Shown: positions 43,483 to 52,398 of the stretch, one piece after another
How the letters are laid out: each line of letters starts with the position of its first letter
Numbering within the stretch: position 1 is the first letter of the stretch
Virus record (IMG/VR): IMGVR_UViG_3300034105_003891
Location: 2,593-66,592 of that record
Length of the DNA: 64,000 nucleotides
Origin: a virus
Strand: one strand, 5' to 3'
Translations under genes and position numbers: made by a program
The notes under the pieces: model-generated
The model's database searches: none
Told to the model about the DNA's origin: nothing
Seen by the model: only the letters and a program-made list of their open reading frames with translations

Positions 43483-43558
43483 AAATAATTTTTTTATTCG
43501 AAACATTTTCCTAAATTTGCATAAAATATTAAAATCAATTAGATATATAAATCTATAA
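43483..43558 (+). promoter_or_regulatory. Dual promoter block (TAAATTTG 43512, GATATATA 43542), duplicated at 52311-52387
   Basis: About 76 bp differing by one substitution and one T indel. Confidence 0.9.
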
Positions 43559-43571
43559 TTTAAAAAACACA

Positions 43572-43700
43572 ATGAAAACAACTTTCAGAAATACTGTCAA
43601 TCCGTTTATGCCGCAAAGCATTGCACCCTTTAACCAGGTGGGCACTGCCAAATGGTATAATGGGAAAGATAAAGGATCTGGAGGTCACAATATAATTTAA
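43572..43700 (+). CDS. Attenuator leader peptide 1 (42 aa)
   Basis: MKTTFRNTVNPFMPQSIAPFNQVGTAKWYNGKDKGSGGHNII; not in ORF track; 3' codons complementary to the terminator arm. Confidence 0.8.
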   Translation: MKTTFRNTVNPFMPQSIAPFNQVGTAKWYNGKDKGSGGHNII

Positions 43701-43736
43701 TGTAAAGCACTAGTCAAATAAGCATTAAATATTTTT

Positions 43737-43770
43737 ACTCCAGATCTTAAAAGATCTGGAGTTTTTTTTT
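43737..43770 (+). terminator. Attenuator terminator 1
   Basis: ACTCCAGATCT-TAAA-AGATCTGGAGT plus T-run, 13 nt before tRNA-Pro. Confidence 0.9.
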
Positions 43771-43783
43771 GGACTAGAATTAA

Positions 43784-43859
43784 CGGGGAGTGGACTAATT
43801 GGCTAAGTCGCCTGATTTGGATTCAGGACATCATCAGAGTTCGAGTCTCTGTTCCCCGA
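43784..43859 (+). tRNA. tRNA-Pro(TGG)
   Basis: Cloverleaf; loop TT-TGG-AT. Confidence 0.85.
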
Positions 43860-43875
43860 CAAATAAATAAATGAA

Positions 43876-44103
43876 ATGGCAACAATAAAAGAAATCGTAA
43901 AAGACAACAAAGTTAGATTCTCGCATTTAAAGAATGACATAGCTTACTATAATGTATTCGTAGAGGGAGCGGATCACACATTCCCAGTTAGACTGAATGA
44001 TATAGGTGAAGCAACTTTGTTAGCTGAAGATAATGCCATCTTCTTTATGAGGTACATTAGAAAGGCTTTAGAAAACAACGAGTTTCATAAGGCAACTAGG
44101 TAA
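43876..44103 (+). CDS. Hypothetical protein
   Basis: 75-aa ORF between tRNAs. Confidence 0.7.
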   Translation: MATIKEIVKDNKVRFSHLKNDIAYYNVFVEGADHTFPVRLNDIGEATLLAEDNAIFFMRYIRKALENNEFHKATR

Positions 44104-44107
44104 ACAA

Positions 44108-44178
44108 ACGGGCTTGGTGCAATGGTAGCATGCCGGTCTCCAAAACCGTTGATGAAAGTTCGAATCTTTCAGTCCGTG
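44108..44178 (+). tRNA. tRNA-Trp(CCA)
   Basis: Cloverleaf; loop CT-CCA-AA. Confidence 0.88.
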
Positions 44179-44232
44179 CTGGCGCTTTTTCGTACTTTAG
44201 TTTGGATATATAAGCTAAACTAAAATATAGAA

Positions 44233-44901
44233 ATGGCAAGAAAAGAAAAACAGTTTAATTATCTTTATAAGATAACAAACACAAAAAATGATAAATATTA
44301 CATAGGAATGCATTCAACAGATAATCTGAATGATGGTTATATGGGTGGAGGTAAAAGAATTAGAAATTCGATTAGAAAGCATGGAAAAGAGATACACGAA
44401 AAGGAAATATTAGAATTTCATGAATCGAGGGAGGAATTGGCTATAAGAGAGAAAGAGATTGTGAATATTGAATTAATTAAATTCGACCCATTATGTATGA
44501 ATCTCTGTGTAGGAGGTGAAGGAGGTCCAAGAGGTGGAGGTGATAAATTTAAGAGAGCAAACGAGGTTAATAAAACGGAGGAAGGGAATAGGAAAATACG
44601 AAAATCTATATCAATATCAATGAAGAAAAAATATGAGGACCCTATATACAGAGAAAAAGCAAACCTAATATTAAAAAATACAGGTGGATTTGGTTCACGA
44701 AAACACACCGACGAATCAAAGGAAATGATAGGGAAGACAAATTCGGTTTCCCAATCTGGCGAAAGAAATTCACAATTTGGGAAACTTTGGATAAAGAACG
44801 ATTTACTTATGTTAAACAAAAGGATAAATCCAGATGAGCTTGACTATTATATCAATGAGGGATTTTCAAAGGGCATGAATATGAAATATTTTAGAAAGTA
44901 A
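44233..44901 (+). CDS. GIY-YIG homing endonuclease (Seg-like, NUMOD3-like motif)
   Basis: YLYKITN...YYIG; KHTDESK..I. Confidence 0.85.
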   Translation: MARKEKQFNYLYKITNTKNDKYYIGMHSTDNLNDGYMGGGKRIRNSIRKHGKEIHEKEILEFHESREELAIREKEIVNIELIKFDPLCMNLCVGGEGGPRGGGDKFKRANEVNKTEEGNRKIRKSISISMKKKYEDPIYREKANLILKNTGGFGSRKHTDESKEMIGKTNSVSQSGERNSQFGKLWIKNDLLMLNKRINPDELDYYINEGFSKGMNMKYFRK

Positions 44902-44910
44902 ACAATAAAT

Positions 44911-44983
44911 TGGGATATGATGCAATTGGTTAGCATACGACACTTTGACTGTCGCTATTAGTGTTCGAGTCACTATATCCCAA
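44911..44983 (+). tRNA. tRNA-Gln(TTG)
   Basis: Cloverleaf; loop CT-TTG-AC. Confidence 0.88.
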
Positions 44984-45037
44984 CAAAAGATTAAAAAATT
45001 ATAGAAAAAAATATTTTCTTAATCCGAAAGCATTTCA

Positions 45038-45082
45038 TATATTTGCGATGTTAATAAAAAGGTTCTTTGACATAACGGAAAC
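45038..45082 (+). promoter_or_regulatory. Internal promoter plus boxA-like site
   Basis: TATATTTG 45038-45045; GTTCTTTGACAT 45062-45073. Confidence 0.65.
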
Positions 45083-45155
45083 TAAATCATCACGATAAAG
45101 TGGAAACCGTTTAATAAACCAGGCAGGTTTATTAAACAAAAACAACTTTATTAAT

Positions 45156-45229
45156 GACCTCGTAGCTCAGTTGGCTAGAGCATCGCACTTTTAATGCGGG
45201 AGTCGTCGGTTCGAGCCCGACCGGGGTCA
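45156..45229 (+). tRNA. tRNA-Lys(TTT)
   Basis: Cloverleaf; loop CT-TTT-AA. Confidence 0.92.
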
Positions 45230-45234
45230 CAACG

Positions 45235-45312
45235 GGGATATTGGCACAGCGGCGACTGCACCTGACTGTAAATCAGGCATACCACACGGAGGTTCGAGTC
45301 CTCCATATCCCA
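45235..45312 (+). tRNA. tRNA-Tyr(GTA)
   Basis: Cloverleaf; loop CT-GTA-AA. Confidence 0.85.
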
Positions 45313-45317
45313 CAAAC

Positions 45318-45428
45318 GGAGTAAAAGGGCTGGGAAATGCCTGATAGGGTCTGCTTCAGATTCTAGATAGCAAGAGCAAGACTATTAGTGCTTATCCCAG
45401 AGAGCGTGGTTCAATTCCAGCTGCTCCA
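45318..45428 (+). ncRNA. tRNA-like RNA (acceptor stem, T arm, long irregular stem)
   Basis: GGAGTA/TGCTCC-A; TGG-TTCAATT-CCA; CTGGGA/TCCCAG. Confidence 0.55.
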
Positions 45429-45442
45429 CAAAATATTAATAT

Positions 45443-45515
45443 TCCAGAGTATTTCAATGGTCAGAAGACGGTACTGTTAATACCGAGGTTGCTGGTTCGA
45501 GCCCAGCCTCTGGAG
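45443..45515 (+). tRNA. tRNA-Asn(GTT)
   Basis: Cloverleaf; loop CT-GTT-AA. Confidence 0.9.
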
Positions 45516-45549
45516 CAAATAATAAAAAAATAAAAATAGTATTATTTCT

Positions 45550-46548
45550 ATGGTGAGAAATAAAAAAAGTTGCTTAAAATGCAATAAGGAGATAAGTTTA
45601 TCAAATTACACGAAACACGAAGAAACGTGCAAAGGTTCAAAAATTAAACTTAATTTGAATGACATAGTTAATGAAGCAGGTTTATGTATATGTCCGCATT
45701 GCCAAAAAGAATATAATATTAAAGGCATAGGGACGCATATATGGGCATCGCATGGGGATGGACTAAATACAAATCGAAAAAAAGGAAATGTTCCATGGAA
45801 TCACGGTCTAAATAAAAAAACTGATGAAAGAGTAGCCAGGCAAGCATTGATTTTATCAGAAGGATATAAAAACGGAAACATACACCCATCCTTCCTGGGT
45901 AAATCACACACGGAGCTAACAATCAATCAAATGAAAAAAAATCCAAAGTGTGGTGGAATAAGAAAGGGAAGCGGCAGGGGAAAAAGTGGATGGTATAGAG
46001 GCTATTATTGTGATAGCACATGGGAATTAGCATATGTTATATACAATATGGAAAATAAAATATATTTTGAAAGAAATACGAGAGGATTCCAATATATTTA
46101 CGAAAACGAAATACATTTATACTATCCAGATTTTATACAGCAAGACGGAAAATATGTTGAAATAAAGGGATACATGGATAGCAAAAACATAGAAAAAATA
46201 AAGGAATTTAGGAAAAATAATATACTTATTGTACTTGATGAAAAAGAAATTAGAAAATATTTAATTTACGCAAAAGAAAAATACGGTAAGGATCTATCCC
46301 TCCTCTATGATTCAGAGGAAATTAACAAAAAAGAAAAAACCAGGATGGAAATAATCAGAGATGAAAGAAAATCTATAATAAGGGAAAGCAATATAAATTT
46401 TAAAGAATATGGCTGGGGCAAAGAACTATCATTACTATTAAATATATCATCACAGAAATCAATAAAATGGGTAATTGATAATATGATGGATGAATTAAAC
46501 CCAAAATTATCACATATAAATAAAAAAGCGGGGGTAGCTCAGAGGTAG
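45550..46548 (+). CDS. Putative PD-(D/E)XK homing endonuclease with Zn fingers
   Basis: CxxC motifs, GKSHT, YYPDF...VEIKG; stop codon lies inside tRNA-Phe. Confidence 0.75.
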   Translation: MVRNKKSCLKCNKEISLSNYTKHEETCKGSKIKLNLNDIVNEAGLCICPHCQKEYNIKGIGTHIWASHGDGLNTNRKKGNVPWNHGLNKKTDERVARQALILSEGYKNGNIHPSFLGKSHTELTINQMKKNPKCGGIRKGSGRGKSGWYRGYYCDSTWELAYVIYNMENKIYFERNTRGFQYIYENEIHLYYPDFIQQDGKYVEIKGYMDSKNIEKIKEFRKNNILIVLDEKEIRKYLIYAKEKYGKDLSLLYDSEEINKKEKTRMEIIRDERKSIIRESNINFKEYGWGKELSLLLNISSQKSIKWVIDNMMDELNPKLSHINKKAGVAQR

Positions 46549-46602
46549 AGCACTGTGTTGAAGCTGCAGGTGTCGCGGGTTCGATTCCCGCTCTCCGCAC
46601 CA
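46528..46602 (+). tRNA. tRNA-Phe(GAA), encoded CCA
   Basis: Cloverleaf; loop TT-GAA-GC. Confidence 0.88.
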
Positions 46603-46661
46603 CAAATTAGATGAATCATGATAAGGAAACTTATTCGTAGAAATCATCTAAAATAATAAAT

Positions 46662-46733
46662 TCCTCTCTCGTATATCGGTTATTACGGATGACTGTTAAT
46701 CATCTTAGCTAGGTTCAATTCCTAGGGGAGGAG
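46662..46733 (+). tRNA. tRNA-Asn(GTT), second divergent copy
   Basis: Cloverleaf; loop CT-GTT-AA. Confidence 0.8.
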
Positions 46734-46831
46734 CAAATTAAAAGTGTGCCTGGTCAAGCCTCTTACTTCATTGTAACGTAACTAGTGGGTATAGAACTAA
46801 CATCAAACTTAGTTCGACGCTACCCAAAAAT

Positions 46832-46904
46832 GCGATAGTAGCTCAATTGGTAGAGCGCGACCTTGCCAAGGTCGAGGTTGCCGGATCGTGCCCGGTTTAT
46901 CGCT
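46832..46904 (+). tRNA. tRNA-Gly(GCC)
   Basis: Cloverleaf; atypical T loop ATCGTGC. Confidence 0.85.
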
Positions 46905-46950
46905 CACATGCCGGAAGATCCACGATTGAATCATCGTGCCGGCTCCAATA

Positions 46951-47024
46951 TAATAGGTCTTTGGTTCTAAGTCCGAGATAGTAATATCCGAAATCCGTCC
47001 AGAACGGTAAGCTGAGACCTATTA
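46951..47024 (+). ncRNA. Small structured RNA candidate
   Basis: Closed by TAATAGGTCT/AGACCTATTA; inner GTTCT/AGAAC and GATA-GTAA-TATC. Confidence 0.4.
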
Positions 47025-47030
47025 TTTAAT

Positions 47031-47108
47031 GCATGTATCGCCTAGTTGGTTATGGCATCACACTTCCAATGTGAAATAACGTCAGTTCGAATCTGACTAC
47101 ATGCTCCA
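47031..47108 (+). tRNA. tRNA-Gly(TCC), encoded CCA
   Basis: Cloverleaf; loop CT-TCC-AA. Confidence 0.9.
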
Positions 47109-47132
47109 GGTATTAAAAAGAATTATAAAAAT

Positions 47133-48047
47133 ATGTTGGGTTCGGAAAAAGTTTTAATTAGAGTCAATTCAAACCATCTAAAATATTATAGAGATCTTGG
47201 ATATTCAGCTAATAATCTAGATACGATATATGTATTACCACGTCATCTGCCACATGGAAGTCACGTAAAAATTAACATTTCATGTGACTACTGTAATATA
47301 ATAAACTATATTGAATTTAGATCGATTAGCGACAAAATAAATTTTATATATTCGTGTAGGTCCTGCTCATCCAAAGCAAGTTCATTAAAATATCCTTCTG
47401 TTTTTAGGAATTCAGAATTACAGAGGGAGCTGTCATTAAGAAATGATGCAAATTCCTTGATTAAGAGGAAAAAATCCAGATTAACCAAATACGGAGATGA
47501 AAATTACAATAATCAAAGTAAGAGAAAGTGGACATTAAAATCCAAATATGGCGATGAAAATTATAACAATACTGATAAACGAAGGGAAACATCTAAAACC
47601 ATATATGGTGATTCGAACTATAATAACCAGAGCAAGAAAATAGAAACCTGTAAAAAGAAATATGGGGTTGAGTATACTAGCCAACTAGAATCTGTGTGGA
47701 AAAAGATACAAAAATCATCGTACAAAACACACGATTATAAAAATACAGGGATACACTATCAGGGAAGCTATGAATTAGATTTCTTAGAATATTGCACTTC
47801 TAATGATATCAAGATAAGTAACGGTCCATCAATTAATTATATTTTTAAAGGAAAGAAAAGGAAATACTATCCTGATTTCATAATCGAAAATAATAATCTA
47901 GTAGTAGAAATAAAATCAACATACACGTTAAATTATGATATGGAATGCAATATAGCTAAACAAAATGCAGTTAAACTAGCCGGTTATAATTTCATTTTTG
48001 TAGTAGATAAAAATTACAAAGATCTGAAAGAAATAATTAGGGTGTAA
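47133..48047 (+). CDS. Putative PD-(D/E)XK homing endonuclease with KYGxxN repeats
   Basis: KYGDENYNN repeats; YYPDF...VEIKS. Confidence 0.75.
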   Translation: MLGSEKVLIRVNSNHLKYYRDLGYSANNLDTIYVLPRHLPHGSHVKINISCDYCNIINYIEFRSISDKINFIYSCRSCSSKASSLKYPSVFRNSELQRELSLRNDANSLIKRKKSRLTKYGDENYNNQSKRKWTLKSKYGDENYNNTDKRRETSKTIYGDSNYNNQSKKIETCKKKYGVEYTSQLESVWKKIQKSSYKTHDYKNTGIHYQGSYELDFLEYCTSNDIKISNGPSINYIFKGKKRKYYPDFIIENNNLVVEIKSTYTLNYDMECNIAKQNAVKLAGYNFIFVVDKNYKDLKEIIRV

Positions 48048-48119
48048 TAAAATAAACATATATTAGCAAAGTATGCTAATGATAATGCGAATAAATTATT
48101 TTAAAAATAAAACAAATAA

Positions 48120-48146
48120 ATGAAAACAATCATCGACTCCTCATAG
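48120..48146 (+). CDS. 8-aa upstream ORF MKTIIDSS
   Basis: TAG lies in a hairpin that pairs with the ATG of 48169. Confidence 0.45.
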   Translation: MKTIIDSS

Positions 48147-48168
48147 TTTTGGCAATTAGCTAAAAATT

Positions 48169-48402
48169 ATGACTCAGAAATTGAGAATTTGGAGAGTAGT
48201 TCCTACCAGTAAGACTGGTGTTCAGGCTCCCACTTTTTTCGTAGAGACTACGGAAGAAGGTCGTGAGAAGGCAGAGCAATCTGCAATTAAACAAGCAAGA
48301 CAAAGATCTGGCTTGGGTGTGTTTCAAAACTGGAATTTTAACCTTACCAAAATGGAGGTTAGAGTTGATCGATTTGGCAGATATGTCAAACATCATCAGT
48401 AG
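48169..48402 (+). CDS. Small basic hypothetical protein
   Basis: 77-aa ORF; start codon in predicted hairpin. Confidence 0.65.
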   Translation: MTQKLRIWRVVPTSKTGVQAPTFFVETTEEGREKAEQSAIKQARQRSGLGVFQNWNFNLTKMEVRVDRFGRYVKHHQ

Positions 48403-48442
48403 AAGTGATTGTTTTCATAGGTTCAATAAAAACCTATGATTT

Positions 48443-48516
48443 GGCGGGGTAGCTCAGATGGTTAGAGCGCGGGTTTCATACACCCGAGGCCGGTGGTTCG
48501 ATTCCACTTCCCGCTA
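48443..48516 (+). tRNA. tRNA-Met(CAT), probably elongator
   Basis: Cloverleaf; loop TT-CAT-AC. Confidence 0.85.
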
Positions 48517-48524
48517 CTAAGAAT

Positions 48525-48597
48525 GGGTCGGTAGCTCAATTGGCTGAGCACTTCACTTGCACTGAAGATGATGGGAGTTCGAGTCTCCTCCGATCCA
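48525..48597 (+). tRNA. tRNA-Ala(TGC)
   Basis: Cloverleaf; G3:U70 present. Confidence 0.92.
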
Positions 48598-48689
48598 CAA
48601 GATATTTTATTTTTAAAATGAAGTAAAATAAATTGAAAAATATTTTTTAATCACGAATGTTTGGATTACATTTGTAAAAAATTAAAACA

Positions 48690-49259
48690 ATGGCAAAGAA
48701 GGAAGAAGATTTAAAATTCTATGAGTACTCTCAGAATAACACTGGTGGGTCATTCGTAACTGATGATAAACTATGCCATAGATTATTCATAGAAGCGGAA
48801 AGCGAGTCTGAGGCAGATTCGATAGCGGAAGATCTAGGCTGTTATTGGAATGGCGTCAATGAAGGTCAAGATTGTCCATGCTGCGGTGATCGCTGGTATG
48901 GTGGTCATGAAGTTAATCTAATGAACATGACAAGAGAAAAGGATGGCACATATCCAGTAGAGGAATGGGTTGATAAAAGAAAATCAACGCCAGAGGAAGC
49001 ATTGGAATCATTAAGATCCAGATATTCAGAATTTGAATGGGTTAAAGCACCATCATTAGGTGACAAATATGGATCACCTATCATAGAAGGTGTGGTTAAA
49101 CTTAATAGCATAGAGGATTATGCACAGGTAATGGCTGATCAATTTGGTTGGACCTACCCAGATACTAGAATATTCTATCGCGACGGCAGAGTAAAAGAGA
49201 TATTTTCTTATAAGGTGGAAGCACCTAAGAAAAAAGGTAAAAAAATAGAAATAGAATAA
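48690..49259 (+). CDS. Conserved phage hypothetical protein
   Basis: QNNTGGSF...IEA...DCPCCGDRW; TACATTTG promoter 48667. Confidence 0.7.
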   Translation: MAKKEEDLKFYEYSQNNTGGSFVTDDKLCHRLFIEAESESEADSIAEDLGCYWNGVNEGQDCPCCGDRWYGGHEVNLMNMTREKDGTYPVEEWVDKRKSTPEEALESLRSRYSEFEWVKAPSLGDKYGSPIIEGVVKLNSIEDYAQVMADQFGWTYPDTRIFYRDGRVKEIFSYKVEAPKKKGKKIEIE

Positions 49260-49281
49260 ACCGGTAGCAATACCAGTAACC

Positions 49282-49356
49282 GGTTCCTTAGCTCAGTTGA
49301 TTCAGAGCGCTTCGTTTACACCGAAGAGGCCGTAGGTTTGAATCCTACAGGAATCA
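49282..49356 (+). tRNA. tRNA-Val(TAC)
   Basis: Cloverleaf; loop TT-TAC-AC. Confidence 0.88.
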
Positions 49357-49360
49357 CAAA

Positions 49361-49550
49361 AGATCCAATTAGTTCGAAAGAGCAAAAAAGGACGAATAAG
49401 ATGAACAGACGAAAGTCATCTCCAGAGGGTAGAAAATGAAAGGCTGACGCATCAGTCGACGGATTGATGAATGGTTTGATTCCGTTCCCAGAAGGTTTCA
49501 AGAGTATGGGATCAAGGTGTTAGTAGCGGTCTAAAATCTGAATTGGATCT
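49361..49550 (+). ncRNA. Structured RNA candidate, about 190 nt
   Basis: Closed by AGATCCAATT/AATTGGATCT; GNRA hairpins inside. Confidence 0.5.
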
Positions 49551-49560
49551 TGATAAAAAA

Positions 49561-49638
49561 TGTAGCTCACAAGGACACCTATTTATAGCTCAATTTCGAG
49601 CTCTTTTGAGCTTAAAGTTGGGGGCTTTGTGAGCTACA
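49561..49638 (+). ncRNA. Structured RNA candidate, 78 nt
   Basis: 14-bp closing stem TGTAGCTCACAAGG/CTTTGTGAGCTACA. Confidence 0.4.
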
Positions 49639-49641
49639 AAT

Positions 49642-49734
49642 CGATTGGATGATATAGTGGCAGTATTAGGTCGGGGGTCTTACGTGAGTGAGTTGCCTCT
49701 GGTCCAGCACAGGTTCGATTCCTGTTTCAATCGC
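49642..49734 (+). ncRNA. tRNA-like RNA with elongated anticodon arm capped by GTGA
   Basis: CGATTGGA/TTCAATCG acceptor; ACAGG-TTCGATT-CCTGT T arm. Confidence 0.6.
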
Positions 49735-49754
49735 TAATTTTTAAATATTTCAAA

Positions 49755-50144
49755 ATGGACAAGGAAAGATTGGAATCATTAGCTAATAGATTATTAGAGA
49801 TTCCTGCAAAGATTGTTGAAGCACAATTAGAGTTATTGACATTAACTGAAACTTCACAATCACAATCAGACAAGATCACACAGATCGAATCTGTAATTAG
49901 AGCTGAGATAGGTGCTACCGTTGATGGCTCTGGTAAAAAAGCTTACAGTAATGCGGAAGCAAGGGATGCTGCTTTTGTTGAAAAAACTGCAGATAATTAC
50001 GAATTGATTGTTGCTAAAACCGATCTTGCTAAAACACAAAGATCAGTACAAGAAAAAAGGATTAAGATAGAGGCTCTCGGAAGCGATCAGAGAAATATTA
50101 GATCAGTTCTATATTTTATAGGTGGCGGGGAAGGATCAATCTAA
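49755..50144 (+). CDS. Coiled-coil hypothetical protein
   Basis: 129 aa, helical; YSNAEARDA. Confidence 0.7.
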   Translation: MDKERLESLANRLLEIPAKIVEAQLELLTLTETSQSQSDKITQIESVIRAEIGATVDGSGKKAYSNAEARDAAFVEKTADNYELIVAKTDLAKTQRSVQEKRIKIEALGSDQRNIRSVLYFIGGGEGSI

Positions 50145-50226
50145 AAATTAAAAAATTTAAAATTAATTTTTTTATCCCGAAAGGTAATCATATATTTGCA
50201 TCATAATAATTAATAACAAATAAAAG

Positions 50227-50400
50227 ATGGCTACAGCAGCAAAAAGATCCAGACAATCAAGAGCATTATCAATGTTAGAAAAACAACTAGCAAGCGGGGT
50301 TAAAACAGAAAAAGGTACAAGGGACGGTAAAGTCGATTTATCTGATTCTGATGTAAAACGTCTTAACAAGGAGATCGGTATTTTACAAGGAAGACTGTAA
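50227..50400 (+). CDS. Small basic hypothetical protein (57 aa, not in track)
   Basis: MATAAKRSRQSRAL... after TATATTTG 50191. Confidence 0.6.
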   Translation: MATAAKRSRQSRALSMLEKQLASGVKTEKGTRDGKVDLSDSDVKRLNKEIGILQGRL

Positions 50401-50407
50401 TAAAGTT

Positions 50408-50479
50408 GGTCCCATAGTTCAACGGATAGAACACCTGACTACGGATCAGGAGATGGGGGTTCGAATCCCTTTGGGATCT
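50408..50479 (+). tRNA. tRNA-Arg(ACG)
   Basis: Cloverleaf; loop CT-ACG-GA. Confidence 0.9.
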
Positions 50480-50486
50480 CAAAATC

Positions 50487-50560
50487 CGGTAGGTAGCTCA
50501 GTTGGTTAGAGCGTCGCACTGATACTGCGAAGGTCGGAGGTCCAAGTCCTCCTCTACCGA
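50487..50560 (+). tRNA. tRNA-Ile(GAT)
   Basis: Cloverleaf; loop CT-GAT-AC. Confidence 0.88.
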
Positions 50561-50628
50561 CAGCAATGAAACATTAAAGGAAACATCAATATAAATATCA
50601 GAAATTATAAATAAATTTAAGGGAAATT

Positions 50629-51552
50629 ATGAAAAGAAATTCGTTAGCATCAACAGGTTTATCTATGTCTCAAGCTCAGTCAATCTCAAATCTTTGTAAC
50701 CAAAGATCTAAAGATATCACTGCAACATTGAGCGACATTAACAATGCATCAAAAACAATAAACATAGACAAGATAGACCACGATTTAGAAGTGGGCAAAC
50801 CTTTGCCGGTAAATGTTATAGAATTGCTTAAAGATAAGGCAAGATTGCATGCAACTCAAGCTTTTCTTATGGAAAATACAAAAGCCAAAGATGCTCTAAT
50901 TAATAAAATCAAAGGCGAGCATTTTGACTATGAATCTGGAAATCCAGGTCCTCTAAGGGAATCAACTATTTATCCTGAAGTTCAATCACAAGTAACTGAA
51001 GATTGGGGATGGGATCAACTTTCCACTCTAGAGTATAATGAGTTTATTGAGGCTGAGGCTTATGCTTCGCACATTGGTCAATTCATACATAGAGGTGGAA
51101 CTCTTGATCGATTGAGAAGTGAATTACCTAAGATTCAAACCTTGGAGTTCATGGAGATCGAGAAGGATAAGAAAACACCAGTTAAGATCAAAGCGCATCA
51201 CAAGTCAGAGGATCTTTTAAAAACTCACGAAGAGTTAGCAGCTCTTCACAGAGGTTACGAACAGAGAGTTAACTACTTCAAATCGAAGGTTAAGAACTCA
51301 GTAACCAAAGAGAATGCAAGGATTTCTAAAGTTAATGCGGATGCTCAGGCAGAAGCTAACGAAAAGAATGCTCTTTCATTGAACGAGTATTCTAAAAAGA
51401 AAGAGACTTGGTTGGCTGAATATAAAAGAGCAAGTCTTGATTTTGAGACAGAGCGTCAAAATCGAATTGGCGAGGCAGTAAATCTTAAAATTCAAGTGGA
51501 TGCTAGATTCCAACCAGTTGTTGACGAGTTTTTAAAACAACTAGAAAAATAA
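50629..51552 (+). CDS. Helical/coiled-coil hypothetical protein
   Basis: 307 aa; HIGQFIH segment; long helical C-terminus. Confidence 0.8.
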   Translation: MKRNSLASTGLSMSQAQSISNLCNQRSKDITATLSDINNASKTINIDKIDHDLEVGKPLPVNVIELLKDKARLHATQAFLMENTKAKDALINKIKGEHFDYESGNPGPLRESTIYPEVQSQVTEDWGWDQLSTLEYNEFIEAEAYASHIGQFIHRGGTLDRLRSELPKIQTLEFMEIEKDKKTPVKIKAHHKSEDLLKTHEELAALHRGYEQRVNYFKSKVKNSVTKENARISKVNADAQAEANEKNALSLNEYSKKKETWLAEYKRASLDFETERQNRIGEAVNLKIQVDARFQPVVDEFLKQLEK

Positions 51553-51558
51553 AAAATA

Positions 51559-51940
51559 AATTGAGGTGCTGAAGGGGTAAGCAAAAGCCGATTCCCCTGA
51601 TGCTTTGATTCGGAGAGATGAAGTCCTAAAAAACAATGGCTCCAAGCCATTATCTTATTAGATAAATGACTATTAATCATATACAGCAATTAGAGATGTA
51701 TCCTCCGGGATCTCTCAAAACTCCGCTTCTTCTATAAAATTAAACAGAACTGAGATAGAACTCAAACGTTAGACAAGTTACTGAAAGCAATAGAGAAAGA
51801 TAAATCTTTACCACTAGGCAGATAATTGGCTAACACTCGAGACTTAGTTTTTGTCCTTGCCTTTGCGATAGAGGAAGGTCTTTGACATTGATCTTGCATT
51901 TGACTTAGTCTATATGCTTTATCTTTTCGATAACTCAATT
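51559..51940 (+). ncRNA. Structured RNA candidate, about 380 nt, with 6-nt periodic TTG/TAG runs
   Basis: AATTGAG/CTCAATT ends; 51726-51735 pairs with 51868-51877; terminator 51961-51990. Confidence 0.55.
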
Positions 51941-52030
51941 TTATAATATTCACACATAACAAAAAAGTCATCACATACGATGACTTTTTTGTTGTTATAT
52001 AGATGGATATATAAAATAAAAAATATCAAT

Positions 52031-52303
52031 ATGAAACATTTAGAATCATACGAATTAAAGAATCAGAAAATCGACGAGGGATTCGGGACAGATGAAACTG
52101 CAGTAATTAAAGAGTTAAAAGCTGATCTTGAGGGACTCGTAAAACAAAATGTTGCGGTAACAGATTTTAGCACTACAAAATTTGAGCAGAGAGAAAAAAG
52201 ATTAGATGAGATATTACACGATCTAAGTTTTATCGTTGCTAGATATGCTGATATCACTGATAGTGGCGACTTTGTTGCTAAACCTTTAAATGAAATTCAA
52301 TAA
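52031..52303 (+). CDS. Hypothetical protein, MKH-type N-terminus
   Basis: Start re-assigned to MKHLESYE after GATATATA. Confidence 0.7.
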   Translation: MKHLESYELKNQKIDEGFGTDETAVIKELKADLEGLVKQNVAVTDFSTTKFEQREKRLDEILHDLSFIVARYADITDSGDFVAKPLNEIQ

Positions 52304-52310
52304 AAATCAA

Positions 52311-52387
52311 AAATAATTTTTTTTATTCGAAACATTTTCTTAAATTTGCATAAAATATTAAAATCAATTAGATATATAAATCTATAA
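52311..52387 (+). promoter_or_regulatory. Second copy of dual promoter block (TAAATTTG 52341, GATATATA 52371)
   Basis: Near-identical to 43483-43558. Confidence 0.9.
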
Positions 52388-52398
52388 AAATAAAAACG

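Noticed and set aside
45318-45428. tmRNA
   Set aside because: Too short, no G3:U70 pair, no tag reading frame
46744-49550. Hammerhead or HDV-like (theta) ribozymes after tRNAs
   Set aside because: GAAA-containing hairpins are present, but I could not build a CUGAnGA core or nested double pseudoknot by eye; needs a covariance search
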